Shown here: in pieces, positions 14,461 through 28,811 of the stretch
How the letters are laid out: every line of letters begins with the position of its first letter
How positions within the stretch are numbered: position 1 is the first letter of the stretch
DNA from: Octopus bimaculoides
Lineage: Eukaryota
Assembly: GCF_001194135.2 (NCBI RefSeq)
Contig: NC_068990.1
Coordinates: 12,770,839-12,834,800, forward strand
Direction: 5' to 3'
DNA length: 63,962 bases
Notes under the pieces: generated by a model
The model's input: the letters and a program-made list of their open reading frames with translations, nothing else
Databases searched by the model: none
What the model was told of the DNA's origin: nothing
Position numbers and translations under genes: made by a program

Positions 14461-14815
14461 TGGACTCGCGGTCATAGGATCGCAGTTTCGATTCCCAGAC
14501 CAGGCGTTGTGAGTGTTTATTGAGTGAAAACACCTAAAGCTCCATGAGGCTCCGGCAGGGGATGGTGGCGAACCCTGCTGTACGCTTCCACCACAACTTT
14601 CTCTCACTCTTACTTCCTGTTTCTGTTGTGCCTGTTTTTCAAAGGGCCAGCCTTGTCACGCTGAATATCCCTGAAAACTACGTTAAGGGTACACGTGTCT
14701 GTGGAGTGCTCAGCCACTTGCACGTTAATTTCGTTGAGCCAGCTGTTCCATTGATCGGATCAACTAGAACCCTCGACGTCGTAAGCGACAGAGTGCCAAC
14801 AACAACAACAACAAC
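14461..14815 (+). mobile_element. tRNA-derived SINE family D, 5' end lost in a gap, (AAC)n tail
   Basis: Near-identical to 27338-27722 and ends gagtgccaacaacaacaac. A degenerate copy lies at about 10430-10670. Confidence 0.9.
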
Positions 14816-15026
14816 TCATATATATATATATGTATGTGTGACTGAAATCTTTCCTGTTCCATCTACCAATCTGACTCACAAGGCCCCTGGTCAAGTGTAG
14901 CCCAGGGCTATATTGGAACACATTTGCCCAAGGTGTCACAGAATGAGACTGAATCTGAGATCAAATAGTTGAAAAGCAAGCTTCTTAACCACACAGCCAC
15001 AATACTGTATAATATCAATATAATTA

Positions 15027-15074
<48 letters not shown>

Positions 15075-15217
15075 ATATCTATCTTGAAAGTAATTGATTA
15101 AAAATAAACCATTATCCATTAATATGGTAGTTGATATAAGATTATAAATTTTGTAAGTGGCTTTATATTATTGATTTTTGAATGTATATATATGTATATA
15201 TTATAAACACACACATA

Positions 15218-15248
<31 letters not shown>

Positions 15249-15622
15249 TGTATGTATAAGGGGTGGAAAAATCAAAACTAAAATTTGCATTTATTGGATA
15301 ATATATAAAAATATAATTTTAAGATTTTCTGAAATGGACAGTAATGAATTTCAAAGAGTTATTTTAATTAATTCAAATGGCTACTTCATTAGATAAACCC
15401 TACTTCATAATTAACTGAATTTTTTTTTTATTTTATGACCATTAATTATATACTGTGTTTGTTAAATTTTATTGAGTAATTTTCTGGTTTATAGGTAGAT
15501 GTTTAGTGAATAATATTCTGATAATTTATATTGTATTTCTCTTTAAATAAGTATAGTTATTGCTGTTGTTTTACCCTTGCTCAATGCAGGCTGATCAGAA
15601 CTTTGAGCAAAGATACTCCAGC

Positions 15623-15678
15623 TATGACCATCCTAAGTTTATGACTATCCTAAGTTTATGACCATCCTAAGTTTATGA
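15623..15678. repeat. 17-bp tandem repeat, 3.3 copies (tatgaccatcctaagtt)
   Basis: Read directly. Other 17-bp triplets lie at about 46490-46540 and 61938-61997. Confidence 0.9.
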
Positions 15679-17405
15679 TGGTTCCTAAAACAACATTATG
15701 TAATGTACCCTTCTTTCATTTCAAAATAGTAGGGTGTCCTCTTTAAAGAGATTTAGCTGCTATTTTTACCAGGTAAAGTGACTATGTAAAGGCCTCCTCA
15801 ATGACACAAGAAAAAACTTAATATTAATAAGTGAATTTATCATAAGGATAATTATAATTTTGTGACATTCATACTTCAAATTATCTCTCCTATCAGAGTC
15901 ACAAACAATCACTGCATTTTTTTTGTTTTAACTATTTATTTATTTATTTTTAATTTCCCCTCCTCCAATAAAACTTTAGTCCAGCAAATTGACCCTAGTT
16001 TGTGCACTTATTTTTTCACATCTGTTACTTATTCTATTGGTTGCCAAACAGTAACAGGAGACAAAGGCAAAGACACATGCACACACACACACACACGCAC
16101 GCACACACGTGGCCAATAAAGTTTTCATCTACCAAATCCACTCACAAGTCTATAGTTGAAGACATTTGCCTGAGGTGCCACACACTGGGACTGAACCCAG
16201 AACCATGTGGTTAGAAAGCAAGCTTCTTGCCAAACACACACACAGACATACATATAATATGTGTGTATGATGGACATCCACATAGTTTCTGTCTGCCAAA
16301 TTCACTCATTCGGTAATTTGTCAACCCTGGGTTATAATAGAAGACTCTAGCCCAAGGTGTCACACACTGAGACTGAAACTGGAACATGAGGTTGCAAAGC
16401 TACTTTCTTAACCACATACAGCCATGCCTGTGTCTATTAATTATTTAATTATTTTTTTTTATAATTAGTTCTTAATTTCTTTAAATATTCTATCCATTCC
16501 TTTGTGATTCACTTTTACATTCTTTCTCTGCCTATTTTCTAAACCTTTTTTTTTTCTAAATTTTTGCCATAGGCCCCCTTGAATTATTTCCATTAGTTCA
16601 ATTTATTTAATCATTTTAATTTTTTTTTTTTTTTGTTGCAAAATTATCTTTCATCAATCACATGTTCATATCCGCTGCAAGCATTAGTTTGTGTGCCTAT
16701 CTGAACCAACTTAATCTTACATTGTTTCCATGTACTCAGGGGAAAACATTTCCTAGAAAGCAACCAACAATAGAGTAACATCTTATCCAACAGCCAATAT
16801 TCCATTTACCTCCGTTTAACACAAAATAAAATTGGAGCCAAATGAAACCCTACAGAAAGTTCTTATTCTTTTCTAACAATTAAATTCTAATAATGATTAA
16901 CTGATTGTAAAATCTGAGTAACTAATTCAATTATGGTTGGTCTGATAATGAATTAGCCAGATCGGTTGATTTGTTATCCCAGCTTATTCTGAAAGCCTTT
17001 TAATATAGAAAAATCATCAGAGTTATGTTGAATCTCCTGCAGCTATAATAAGTTGAATAGCCTTGTGAAGTAAACTAGTTTTAGGCTATAATATTTAAAA
17101 TACCCTTATCTCTGACTAGGGGTATTCATAAAACAATCTTGATTAAGGATGCTCTGTTATTCAGGTGTCATCAGATTTTAATGTTTCTTTTTTAATTTTA
17201 TTTGCTGGGTTTAGAGAAAGGATCAGTGCTCATTCTCCAAGCCTGGTGAGACTGATGTAATAAATATTTTGAGCTATTGTAAGCTAATACCTGCAGGAAA
17301 CTGCTTCACTTCAGTAGAAACAATTATATTCATTAAGTAATTTGTGTGGAGATTGGGTTAAGGCTTCAGTATATTTTGTTAATTACCAATTACAATGTTA
17401 TTTGG

Positions 17406-17635
17406 TGTATTTTGTCACTCATCAGTCACCATGAGGCTCAGTGTATTCTGTCACTCATTAATCATTATGTGATTATGTGTGTTTTATCACATATCAATCA
17501 CTATGAAATATCATGTAGATTGTCATTCAGACATTTTGTGATTGGGTGTATTTTGTCACTCACTAATTATCACAAGACTTTGTGCATTTTATCACTCATC
17601 GTTCACTCAGACATTTTGTTATTTTATCACTCATA
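17406..17635. repeat. Degenerate 36-bp minisatellite, at least 6 units
   Basis: A tgtattttgtcactc-like motif recurs at 17406, 17442, 17478, 17514, 17547 and 17583. Confidence 0.85.
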
Positions 17636-20605
17636 AATCACAATTTGACTTGGCATTCACCCAATAATATTACTCAGTACTATTAGAATTGGTGTATTCT
17701 ATGATTCATCTATTAGTATTTAAATTTGTCACTCATCATTCACTGAGACTGTAAAAGTAAATGAATTAAACTTTTAAGCCATATTCTAGTCTACACTTGG
17801 TATAATGTAAAATAGCTTTGTTGACTTTCAGCATCACAACATATTCAAACGATACAGTTGTGAACCAGATGAATATTTCGTTTATATGTGTTGTTTGCAT
17901 TTCTTTTTACTTTGTAAACAAAACTCTGCAATGTTTTGCTGATGTTTACTTCCTTCTCATTAAAGTACTCATTAACTTCCTCTAGAAATTCAGTATTCAC
18001 TATGGACTTAGCTATCTCTAGGTCACTTAAGCTTGTCTAGGTTTAAATCAGCTTACCTAAATGTACCTATCTCTAGATCAGCTATCAGACATTATACTAT
18101 AATACATTCACAATTCACTGATGATACTGTAGCTTCATGTCATCAGGGAAATTGTTTGTTGTTTAGCCTCAAGTTAATGGAATAAATTGATCTGTTGAAA
18201 AAATTCCTTATTAAGGCATTCTATAGTGAAAAATTTTGTCTGAAATATTAGCTTCTCTCATGGCAAACTGATTTAATCCACTTTTGAATAGTTCTTACAA
18301 AATTCGTAGTTTCATTCTTATTAAGATATTTTAAAATTTGACTTCTTTCAATTAACTATGTCACTGCTTTGCCAGTTGTCTTTTAAATTTGAAATTGATT
18401 ATTATGTAGCTTCTAATATCTCTATAACGGTTTTTACAATGACTAGTAATCCTTGAATTCACTAATAAAAACATGCATTTATAAAGATGCATGATTGTAT
18501 GCAAATAATTTATGTTCCTAAGAATTTGTTCTTACAATCAAAACTGCATCAAAGATATTGGTTAAGTATTTGGAGATTTATAGTTCTTGGTTTGGCACAT
18601 TTTCAAAATTTGCCTCGTAACATAGTTTAGTATAGTTGACTTGAAATCATGACCAACATTTATTATAACCAACCTAATATTTTTTTTTTTATTCCAATGG
18701 AAATGAAAATTCATATAAAATTTATGACACAATAATAAAATATTTTCTTTTGATATACATATCAAGGAATTTGATAAGGTATTTGAAATTTCTATTGTTG
18801 GAAAACATACAAAGAATTGTTTAGCTAACGATATCAGATTTTCTTGATAAAGGCACCACTTGTAAGGAGTTTTATTTCATCTAACAATGGAATGTCTGAG
18901 ATTGAAATGCAGAGAATAAAACTGAAATGTATCAACCATAATTGCTCTAATAGTATACAGTCTAACAGATAAAATTGTTTAAAGAAATAGCTTAAAAAGA
19001 TGAAACATCAGTGACTAGTGAGTATGAAAATACTTTTTATCACACCTAAACAATCAATAAAATTACGGGAGTATATACTAAATAGAATTATCTGCAAGCA
19101 GATGTAAAGAAATGGTGTATACCAGAAAAATGAAATTGTGAGGCAAAGAAAAATTCTCTTAAACAACCATTGCATAGGCAAGTGTAATATATATATAAAC
19201 TTTATTTGATCCTGACTACTTGTCAGAAGCATTTAAACAGTTTGTTTATAAGCATTAGTTTGGTTTTGAATCAAAACATAACTGAAAGTGAAAGTAGAAA
19301 CAGCAAAAGAAAATAATACACATAATGCTTTAAAAATACCTCATGAAAATATATTCTACTTTGTCCTTTGTAAATCCCACATTTATTACAATAGACACAC
19401 TACTAACAACACAATAAAAGTGAGTTTTTAAACTTTTGTAAATTATTTATAAATACAATGCTTTTTGTATAGCAATTTCATAATCATTTAACGTCCACTT
19501 TTTCCATGCTTTCATGGGTCAGACAGAATATGTTGAAGTAGACATTTTTTATGCTTGTATGTTATTCCTGTTGCCAACCTTCATCTGTTTCCAAGGTGAC
19601 ATTTTTCCCATTCCTAAAAGTGTTTTAAAAAAAGCCCAGAAATGAACTGCCTTGTTGTATGATGATGATGATGACGATGGTCATTTACAACCTTCGTGTA
19701 ATATCTAGACAAGGGTACACACACTGATACATACACACAAACTTCTTTCAGTTTCTGTTGGCCAAATCCATTCACAAGGCTTTGGTCAATCTGGGGCTAT
19801 AGTAGAAAATATTTGCCCAAAGTGCCACACAGTGAGACTGAACACCAGACTTCATGGTTAGGAAGCTAGTTTCTTAACCACACAGCCACAAATGTGTGAT
19901 CAAGATATATTCAGAAATTTGTTCATTCAAGATTATTTATTGGAGGAAAGAATCCATTTCTTTTCTTTGTAGGAGAGTGGCAGTAAAAATCATTGAATTA
20001 GGTCCAGGATGCTATTAGTGTTATGTATATTCTTCTTTGAGTAAAGAAAACAGAGATAAAGTTAAACTTGTTGGTATGTTAATATAGTCAATATTTTTCT
20101 CTAAATAATCTGTGCAAAAACTATTACGAGATGTCTGGTTTATTATGATGAAGTAACATAAAACTGTATTTAAATATCAGGACATGTTCAAAATATTTAA
20201 CTGTAAAGACATTTCTGTAAAAGTTGTTTGACATTTTAAACTTAGGTCAGTTTTGAATCTTAACACTTTTTCTATAATATTTATGAACAAGATGGGAAAG
20301 GAGAGAGAGAGGGTGAAAGAGAGAGACAGACAGACAGAGACCCCAAATCAATAAGAGTAGTATAAGAGTATTACACTGTTGGACATGTAGATAATATTTC
20401 ACATCCCAACACTGGTACTGTATTTCTTGGTCAATTCCTGACTTTTACTGTCTGTAAATAGCTACTGAAATAGATATCATATATATATATTAACAGCCAC
20501 ATCATCAGTATACATATGATATGTGATATTGTATGTATATGTGTGTGTGTGTATACATATATATATATATATGTATGTATACACATACATATGATATATG
20601 ATGAT

Positions 20606-20673
<68 letters not shown>

Positions 20674-21146
20674 TAAGACAGTTTTATATATATACATATA
20701 TTTATGCATATATATATATGCATGCATATATATACGATGCACATAAATACAATTAGACATTTAAGAAGTTTCATTTATTGATGTTTAATATAAAATAGCT
20801 TGTGACGTAAATCTTTCTGTTTGCACCATATTTATAGATGTTTAATATTTTGCTTTGTATCCAATCATTATATACGATTATTATTATATATTTTAATAAC
20901 AAAAACTTGTTATTTTACATCTTCATCAACATTGAAATTGAAATGATACACACGATTTCGCATAGCTTTACTAATATACTCGTACTCTTGTTTACAAACA
21001 TATGCCTATGCATCACCTATGATAGAGTAATGTAAATAAAACTTACATAAATGCATACAAAACTATGCTTGGTTGTACTAACAATTTTATGTTTATAAAT
21101 TTAAATTTTATATATTAATGGCAAATTTTTTTTAAATTTATTTCAG

Positions 21147-21185
21147 GTTTTATACCGAAAGATGCTACACATATCCTTGGAACAG
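21147..21185 (+). other. Candidate 39-nt cassette exon of an unidentified host transcript
   Basis: Acceptor tttttttaaatttatttcag|, donor cag|gttagt, length divisible by 3. All three frames are open, so the product cannot be assigned. Confidence 0.3.
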
Positions 21186-22000
21186 GTTAGTTATATTTTT
21201 TGTTTCTTTTTTAGTGGGGTTTACTTGTTATCGTTTACAAATTTAATTTCTTTTCTCAATACTAATATGTTTTTGCTTCCAGAGTTTTGGAAATATCTTA
21301 ATTCAATAACCAAAGAAACTACACGACATTGTCTTTTTTCTAGTTGTTGATGGTTTTTCTTATTTATTTATTTATATAATTTTTTGTTTATTATATATTT
21401 TTATTTCTTTCAAAGAATACTATTTGTTTGAAATTTTCAATAATCAGTTTAGTAGTTGACTTGTGCTCAGAATTTCATGTGTGTATGTATAAAGATGCAT
21501 ACATCTGTATAATTATGTAATTACATTTATATGTGTGCATACAGATACATGATTGTCTACAAAGTGTTTTGTGTACATCTGAATATATGCCTTTATGCCA
21601 AACTGTAAAAATATATTTTGCACATACTGGATATGGACAGACATATATGTAAAGATGCTATATAGAAGATATATGTATTCTTGGGCATATATATGTATAT
21701 CTCCAGGTACATATATGTACTTCAGGATATATCTATAGATTTTAACTAACACTGGTGTAATTGAAAGATGTGAACACATTGTATGCATGTACAGTAACTT
21801 CATGTACAGAGAATGGAAAGCTAGTAGGACTCATTTCAATCTGTTGTTGGGATCTCATCAACAAACTATTCTCTTTAATTGTCCATGGGAACATTGCTTA
21901 CTTAGTAAATTGGCTAAATTGATTTGCCATAATTTTATATACCTATTTGTATATGCCTGTATTTATTCATATAAATAGGTTTATATCTATCTATTCATAT

Positions 22001-22098
<98 letters not shown>

Positions 22099-22514
22099 CA
22101 ATGTATGTATGTGTGCGTCATCATTATTTTTCTTAACATCCATTTTCCTGTGCTTGCATAGGTCTGAAAGAAAGCATTGAGGTAGATTTCCTACAGCTGT
22201 TTCCAACCATGGGAATATTTCCACATCATTGAACATGTTTTCAAAGGAGACGAAAATTACAGGTCACTGCTTGCATGATGGTGACAGCTGATAACAATTA
22301 TCATACGATGTCTATGCAAAGGGATACAAGCATTCACACAATGAACATTTTTAAGCTTCTGTGTACCAGACCCAGTCATAAGACTTTGATTGGCCTTGTT
22401 CTATAGTAAAAGACACTACATTATGGTAGAAGATCCCAAACTATGTGATTGGGGAATGAACTTCTTAATCACACAGCCATGTATGTTGCAATATATATGT
22501 GTGTGCGTGTGTTT

Positions 22515-22869
22515 TCCTGGTGAAGGTCAGTTTCCCGTCCATACAGGGTTTAACTTTATGGCATATTGTTAGATCCCCAAGATCTGTTGGCCTATGATCT
22601 CTTTAAAATATGGAGGGGAAAAGTTTGGATTATCTCCCTCTCCCGTTAGCTACTAACTTCCAGTGATTCCCAAAAGGTCAGCATAAATCTCCTAAAATGC
22701 AAACACGGCCCGAAAATCTCCGTTCTGGAGTTAAGTATAGCCCCTGGTTTGAGTGAGTTCCTTAGGATTCTCATGCATTTGACTATGTATTGCTTTCAGC
22801 ATTTCATCGCATTGATGTAGGGGCCTGAGTTTTTGAGGATTTTCCATGAGATCAAGTGTGGAACTCCAT

Positions 22870-22870
<1 letters not shown>
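22515..22870 (-). mobile_element. Penelope-like element remnant: GIY-YIG endonuclease C-terminus plus downstream terminal-repeat sequence
   Basis: The minus strand of 22870-22646 translates to GVPHLISWKILKNSGPYINAMKC*KQYIVKCMRILRNSLKPGAILNSRTEIFGPCLHFRRFML. This fits the PLE pattern W.I......Y.....C..C...LNSR.E....C.H..KF and has one internal stop. Confidence 0.75.
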
Positions 22871-22903
<33 letters not shown>

Positions 22904-23085
22904 CACACACACACACACATATACTTTATTATAAAAGCTGCAAAATATTTACAGAACAGTTACTCAAAGTTTCACTTCCCATTTGTCAACCAGTTTTGAT
23001 GAATATTAAAGCATATTATTCTACCCTTGGTATTTGAGTACTATTTTTCCATACTGTTTTGCAACTTATGTGCCTACCTCTGTGT

Positions 23086-23126
<41 letters not shown>

Positions 23127-23879
23127 TATATATATGTGTGTATATATATGTGTGTGTGAGGTGTGTTCAAAAGGTATCTGACTTCATGTTTCCCACCAAA
23201 ACTAATGCCACATGGGCAAAATCCTTTAGGTGGGAAGTGATGCCTCCCTTCCTGAATATGTATATGTGCATGTGTTGACTATGTGGTTAAAAAGCTTCCG
23301 AAACACATGCTCTCGGTTTCTCTGTACAACACATTGTGAGTGTCTTCTACTATAATCCCAGGTCAAACAGATCTCTTGTGTGTGGATTTAGTTGACAGAA
23401 AGAAGGCCTGCCATCACATGTGTGTTTGTGTGTGTGTTCATTTAAAACCCTCGAGATATTCCTTGAGAGTTGTAAATGAATTTCACCATCATATGAGAGG
23501 TGTTTGTTTACTGTCTTCTTTTGAAAACATACTTTTAATAGGGGGGAAAAAATATTACCTTGCCTGGTAAGGTTTGGCAACATAAAAGACTTTTTTCAAG
23601 CTGTTTGATCAACTGAGTTACCTACCTACAGTATTATGGTATAAGCAACTGAATACTGTAGGGAAACAGCAGAATCAATGAGACACAGTGTAGGAGAAGG
23701 TTAACCATTTGAACTCGGAGTACTGTCTGTCCAATAGGCTTCCACTTTACCCTTTACCTGATTTTATTCACAAAGCTTTGGTTGCACTGAAGATGTGATA
23801 CGAGATACTCACCCAAGTTGTCACACAATAGAATTAAACCTGTGTCACCATATTTCCATACTGTACATCATAAACACTT

Positions 23880-24140
23880 TACTTTACCTACGTACCTATT
23901 ACCTACCCACCTACCTATCTATCTATCTACCTACCTACCTACACACTTTTCTACCTACCTACCTACCTACCTACCTACCTACTACCTACTTACCCACCTA
24001 TCTACCTATCTGCTTTCCTACCTAACTACCAATCAATCTATCTACCAATCAATCTATCTACCAATCAATCTATCTACCTACCTACCTCCATACCTTCCCT
24101 CCCTCCCTACCTACCCTCCGATCTACATACATACATACCT
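23880..24140. repeat. Degenerate (CCTA/CTAC/CAAT)n array
   Basis: Read directly; it explains the YLPT-repeat ORFs. Confidence 0.9.
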
Positions 24141-24558
24141 GATACATATATAATACATACTTCTGTCTGTGTGTGTGTATGTGTGTGTGTTTGAATCTAT
24201 GTGTTATATGCATGGTCATGATAAATGTAAAATGTTTAAGCATGTTTTATATCATATTCTAATATTATATTTCTCCAAGAAAAATAACATGTATCATTAA
24301 GTATTTTTTTTTCGCTTCTATTTCTGGCTTTCCTCAAATAACAAAACATTTTAGTCATGCCTAAAACTGCAATTTGATGGAAGCTATAATTAATTCAATC
24401 TCTTCTCCACTTTGGTATATTCATATGGTTTATAACAATACTGAGCACAGTTTATTGCCTCTTATCTCACAGAAGCCAACTAACAGCTCTTCATATAATA
24501 TACCTCTTCAACCCCTGGCCAGAATTTATCGTGTTTTGTATTCTCTCTTTCTTCTGTC

Positions 24559-24612
<54 letters not shown>

Positions 24613-25914
24613 TCTCTCATGCTCTTTCAGCTTTGGGCTAGCAAATAAAACTAAGACCTTGCTGACTGTGTGAATTCAAGATGCAATATATGATGAAGAT
24701 TTACAGTTGATAATGGTTTAGTATTGACAGAATTTATTGGCAAGTAGTATAGTATAATAGAGGCAAGATTTTATTAACCGATGTCTGCAACCTGGTTTTA
24801 ATTCCCAGTTGAAGACATTTTACTACGTTTATGGCACTACTGCCATTGGAACTCCATGAATTTCGCATTCATTCATTTCCTCCCCTTCTCTCTAAATATC
24901 ATATGTGACTTTCTTCCTGCATAAGAAATCATTATAGGATTTATAATGTTAATTTTATTTGAAATATATTAAGTATAATCTCAGAACTTTTCAAATGTAT
25001 GTTTTATCTCATTCAGATCTTACCAAAGGCTTCTACAATAGACAGTTATAAATTCATTTATATGAATTTTCTAATGAATGCAAATGCTTATCATGTATAT
25101 AAGTTTGGGATTTATAGCCAAGCTACTCTTAGGTTCATTTGGTTGAATCAGCCTCCATGTTAATCAGATTTGATGGCAAGAGTATTTCACAATTTATCTA
25201 AGTTAGAAGGAACAGTAATTAAGAATAAATAATCACATTTATTTTATATTTGATGGTTCAGACAACTCATTATTTTAACATACTAATCTTATTTAGTGTC
25301 TTGTTAGGTAGAAATTGCTGACATACAAATTTGTAACCAAACTCACAGTAAAATAATAACAGAATTATTTTAACACCTGAGCTGAATTTACAAGTTGTCT
25401 TGATAATGTTTACATTTTTCTCTCTATTTTTTCCACATTTTAATGAATTTCTACCACTGTTATTGCGTAGTTGACTTAATCCATCACCCATTTAAGACAA
25501 CCACCTGTTTTTTTTTAATGCCTTTTGTAGAATAGACTCTTTTGCAAATATTCAGCCTAGATCTTTGGCCAAGGGATAAATTCCTTCTTGTTGGAGACCT
25601 CACAATAAAGGAATAAGTATTACCCTTCCTCTTCAGACTAAACCATACAAAATTCGTTTAAAAAGTCGTAGTAAAATATATAATTCTATAATTGGTATCT
25701 TAAAACCATGGTGCCTCATGAAAAACACTGGTAATGGTGCTATGCAAAAAGCGCCCAGTATACTCTCTAAAGAATTTGGCATTAGGAAGGATATCCAGCT
25801 TTAGAAACGTAGTCAAAACAGACTATGGAATCTGGTGCCGCTCCTGGCCTTACCAGTTCCTGTCAAGCCATCCAACTCATGCCAGCATAGTAAACAGACG
25901 TTAAATGATGATGG

Positions 25915-25960
<46 letters not shown>

Positions 25961-26975
25961 AAAATAACTCTAACACTTCATCTGAATCCATCAGTTACCT
26001 TGATTGAACATAGACAAAGTTTTTTTCATTTCCTTTTTCTTATACTTTGATCAGCATCTTCTAATCAATATTCGGCTTCACATTGAATTTGCGACTTAGA
26101 CTTAGGTGTGTTGTGAGCTCTAGAACTCATAAGGTCAGAGCTTAACCCAGTTTTCATGATGCATAAGGGACTGAGATTACAACAACTCCACTGAATAAGA
26201 CAATAATCTGTCACAGGGCTGACTTGCCTACAATTGCTGGTATTCCTTTACGGTTGAGCGGACTGGAGTTACATGGTTTTCTTTTTTAGCTGAAGAACAT
26301 GACACATTGTTCAGTCTGGGAATACATACAGATATGTATATATCAGTTACATACCATCAGTAATTACTTGGGGTAGGCAGTTGGTGACGCTTATGTAGAA
26401 AAACACACAAAAAAAGAATGAGCAAAACACAGACGCGCGACTGAGTTGGAGGAAGATTTACTTCTGCCTTTATAGTACATAAAGAAAACGTTGTTGTAGG
26501 AATGTATGCAGCATGTGTACTACATCAGTTCTATGCATAGCTTTAATACTGAGATTGAAAGACAGGGGTGAATTATGCCTATCTAATCTAAAAAAATATA
26601 TATATATTTTGAATTTAATGCATAGTAATCAGAGTAACCTTCATAATTTTATTGAATTAGGTGCATATTTTGCCATAAAAGGAAAATGTTGCTATCAATC
26701 TATTTTATTCAATGTAGGCACTGCCTACCTTGCCTACCCAGATGGCACACCCCAGATACACATATATATAGAGATAGATATATATGTATGTGTGTATGTC
26801 ATTGTTCTGTTTTATTACAAGATTTCTTGCCAATAGAGAAAGAGCCAGTTTCTAACTTAGATCTAAGATTTTTCATTGGAAGTTCAACATCAACAACAGG
26901 GTATTTTTGTATGTATGTATGCATATGTGGAGATTTGTATGTTTTGTTTTACGTATGTATTCTCGTGCATATCGC

Positions 26976-27218
26976 AAGCTGAAGGAGAACCTCAGAGGCA
27001 GTTGCTTTGATGATGAAGAAGGCTATGATGAGGCTTCTGGACAGTTTCATCTTCGGAAACTTCCATGATTTCATCCCAAAATTGCTGGGGTGCTACAACA
27101 AGTGCATCGAAGCATGAGGATCCTACTTTGAAAGAGATTAGAGTTTTGTACTTCTTCGAAATTGATAAATGTCTCTGCTTGAAAGGTTTGAAAACATCTG
27201 GAATGAAACTTCTACATA
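26976..27218 (+). mobile_element. Mariner transposase C-terminal remnant with decayed right end
   Basis: KLKENLRGSCFDDEE, then after a frameshift AMMRLLDSFIFGNFHDFIPKLLGCYNKCIEA*GSYFERD*. This matches the mariner C-terminal pattern ending KCI...G.YFE. Confidence 0.7.
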
Positions 27219-27337
27219 ACTCAAGACAAATAATAACTGAGATGTACTTTTAGGACATCGGATTTACTTGTGAGGCATTTATCTACATGACTAATGAAGA
27301 CTAGGAATTTTAAGATCCTTGTAATGTGTAGGCAGTG

Positions 27338-27722
27338 GAGGCACAATGGCCCACTGGTTAGGGCAGCGGACTCACGGTCATAGGATCGCAGTTTCGATTC
27401 CCAGACCAGGCGTTGTGAGTGTTTATTGAGTGAAAACACCTAAAGCTCCACGAGGCTCCGGCAGGGGGTGGTGGTGAACCTTGCTGTACTCTTTCACCAC
27501 AACTTTCTCTCACTCTTACTTCCTGTTTCTGTTGTGCCTGTAATTCAAAGGGTCAGCCTTGTCACACTGTGTCACGCTGAATATCCCCGAGAACTACGTT
27601 AAGGGTACACGTGTCTGTGGAGTGCTCAGCCACTTGCACGTTAATTTCACGAGCAGGCTGTTCCGTTGATCGGATCAACTGGAACCCTAGGCGTTGTAAG
27701 CAACGGAGTGCTAACAGGACAG
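27338..27722 (+). mobile_element. Full-length SINE family D with 15-bp TSD
   Basis: A-box-like tggcccactggttagg and B-box-like gtttcgattcc. TSD aatgtgtaggcagtg (27323-27337) and aatatgtaggcagtg (27723-27737). Confidence 0.92.
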
Positions 27723-28811
27723 AATATGTAGGCAGTGAATAAATATAAATATAAATAAATATCTAAATTTCATGCACTTTTTTCCCTGTTCCTCAATTTT
27801 AAATTTTAAACTTCAAATTCTATCAAATACTATGTAAAATACATTATCTCCCTTACATTAACTGGCTGTCATTGGAACACCATATATTTAATTACATCTT
27901 TGGCTATTTCAGTCTTAGCAATCAATTTTTAAGTTGGAACAATGTAAGGTTAAGGTGCAGATTGGATTTAGCTTACTTATATATGAATCATTGCATTAGG
28001 GGGAAAATGAGTTTAGAAATAAAAGCAGAGAAAGGCAGAAAATCTATAGAACATAAACTAAGATAAGTTTGTGATAAGTGATGAATATAACTTATATTTT
28101 CCTAGTTTTGAGGCCTCTGAGATTTATTTAGTTATATATTTTATGATTATTTAGTTGGCGAATAAAAACATTATTGAACTCTAGTTTTTAACATTCTTAT
28201 CACCAGCTTACATACATACATACATACATACATATNNNNNNNNNNNNNNNNNNNNNNNNNNNNNNNNNNNNNNNNNNNNNNNNNNNNNNNNNNNNNNNNN
28301 NNNNNNNNNNNNNNNNNNNNNNNNNNNNNNNNNNNNNNNNNNNNNNNNNNNNNNNNNNNNNNNNNNNNNNNNNNNNNNNNNNNNNNNNNNNNNNNNNNNN
28401 NNNNNNNNNNNNNNNNNNNNNNNNNNNNNNNNNNNNNNNNNNNNNNNNNNNNNNNNNNNNNNNNNNNNNNATATATATATATATATACAAGAAATATAAA
28501 TATTATTAAAAGTAATATTATTATCCAGCAAGAATAAAGCACCATAAAAAGTAGAGTTATAAATATACAAATCAGATGTACATGAAGTAAGATCACTGCT
28601 AGAAATAGCATCTGGTAAGTTATTGTTTCCTTTATTATATTATATATTGTGATATCCAGAGTGACAAGGAAACAACTACAACTTGATGCAGAACAAATAT
28701 CACAAGGCATTGTTTGTAATAAAGCACTAGTTTCTTAGTTTTCTCACTGATACTTAATGCCCTCCACATATACATATAATGTATGATGGGCCTCTAAGCA
28801 ATTTCCATCTA

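Noticed and set aside
14544-14900. 118-aa ORF with normal composition
   Set aside because: It lies inside SINE family D, a non-coding tRNA-derived repeat.
18115-18150. CTGATGA...GGAAA, and other CTGANGA hits near 25.6, 36.0, 46.9, 50.4, 51.8 and 54.2 kb
   Set aside because: None has a consistent stem I, stem II and GAAA-NUH arrangement.
19972-20016. RVAVKIIELGPG after a good plus-strand acceptor, resembling kinase subdomain II
   Set aside because: It is followed by an in-frame stop, has only a weak donor (gtccag), and no other kinase exons are visible.
27338-27420. tRNA gene
   Set aside because: This is the tRNA-like head of a SINE with TSDs; it lacks an acceptor stem and a Pol III terminator.
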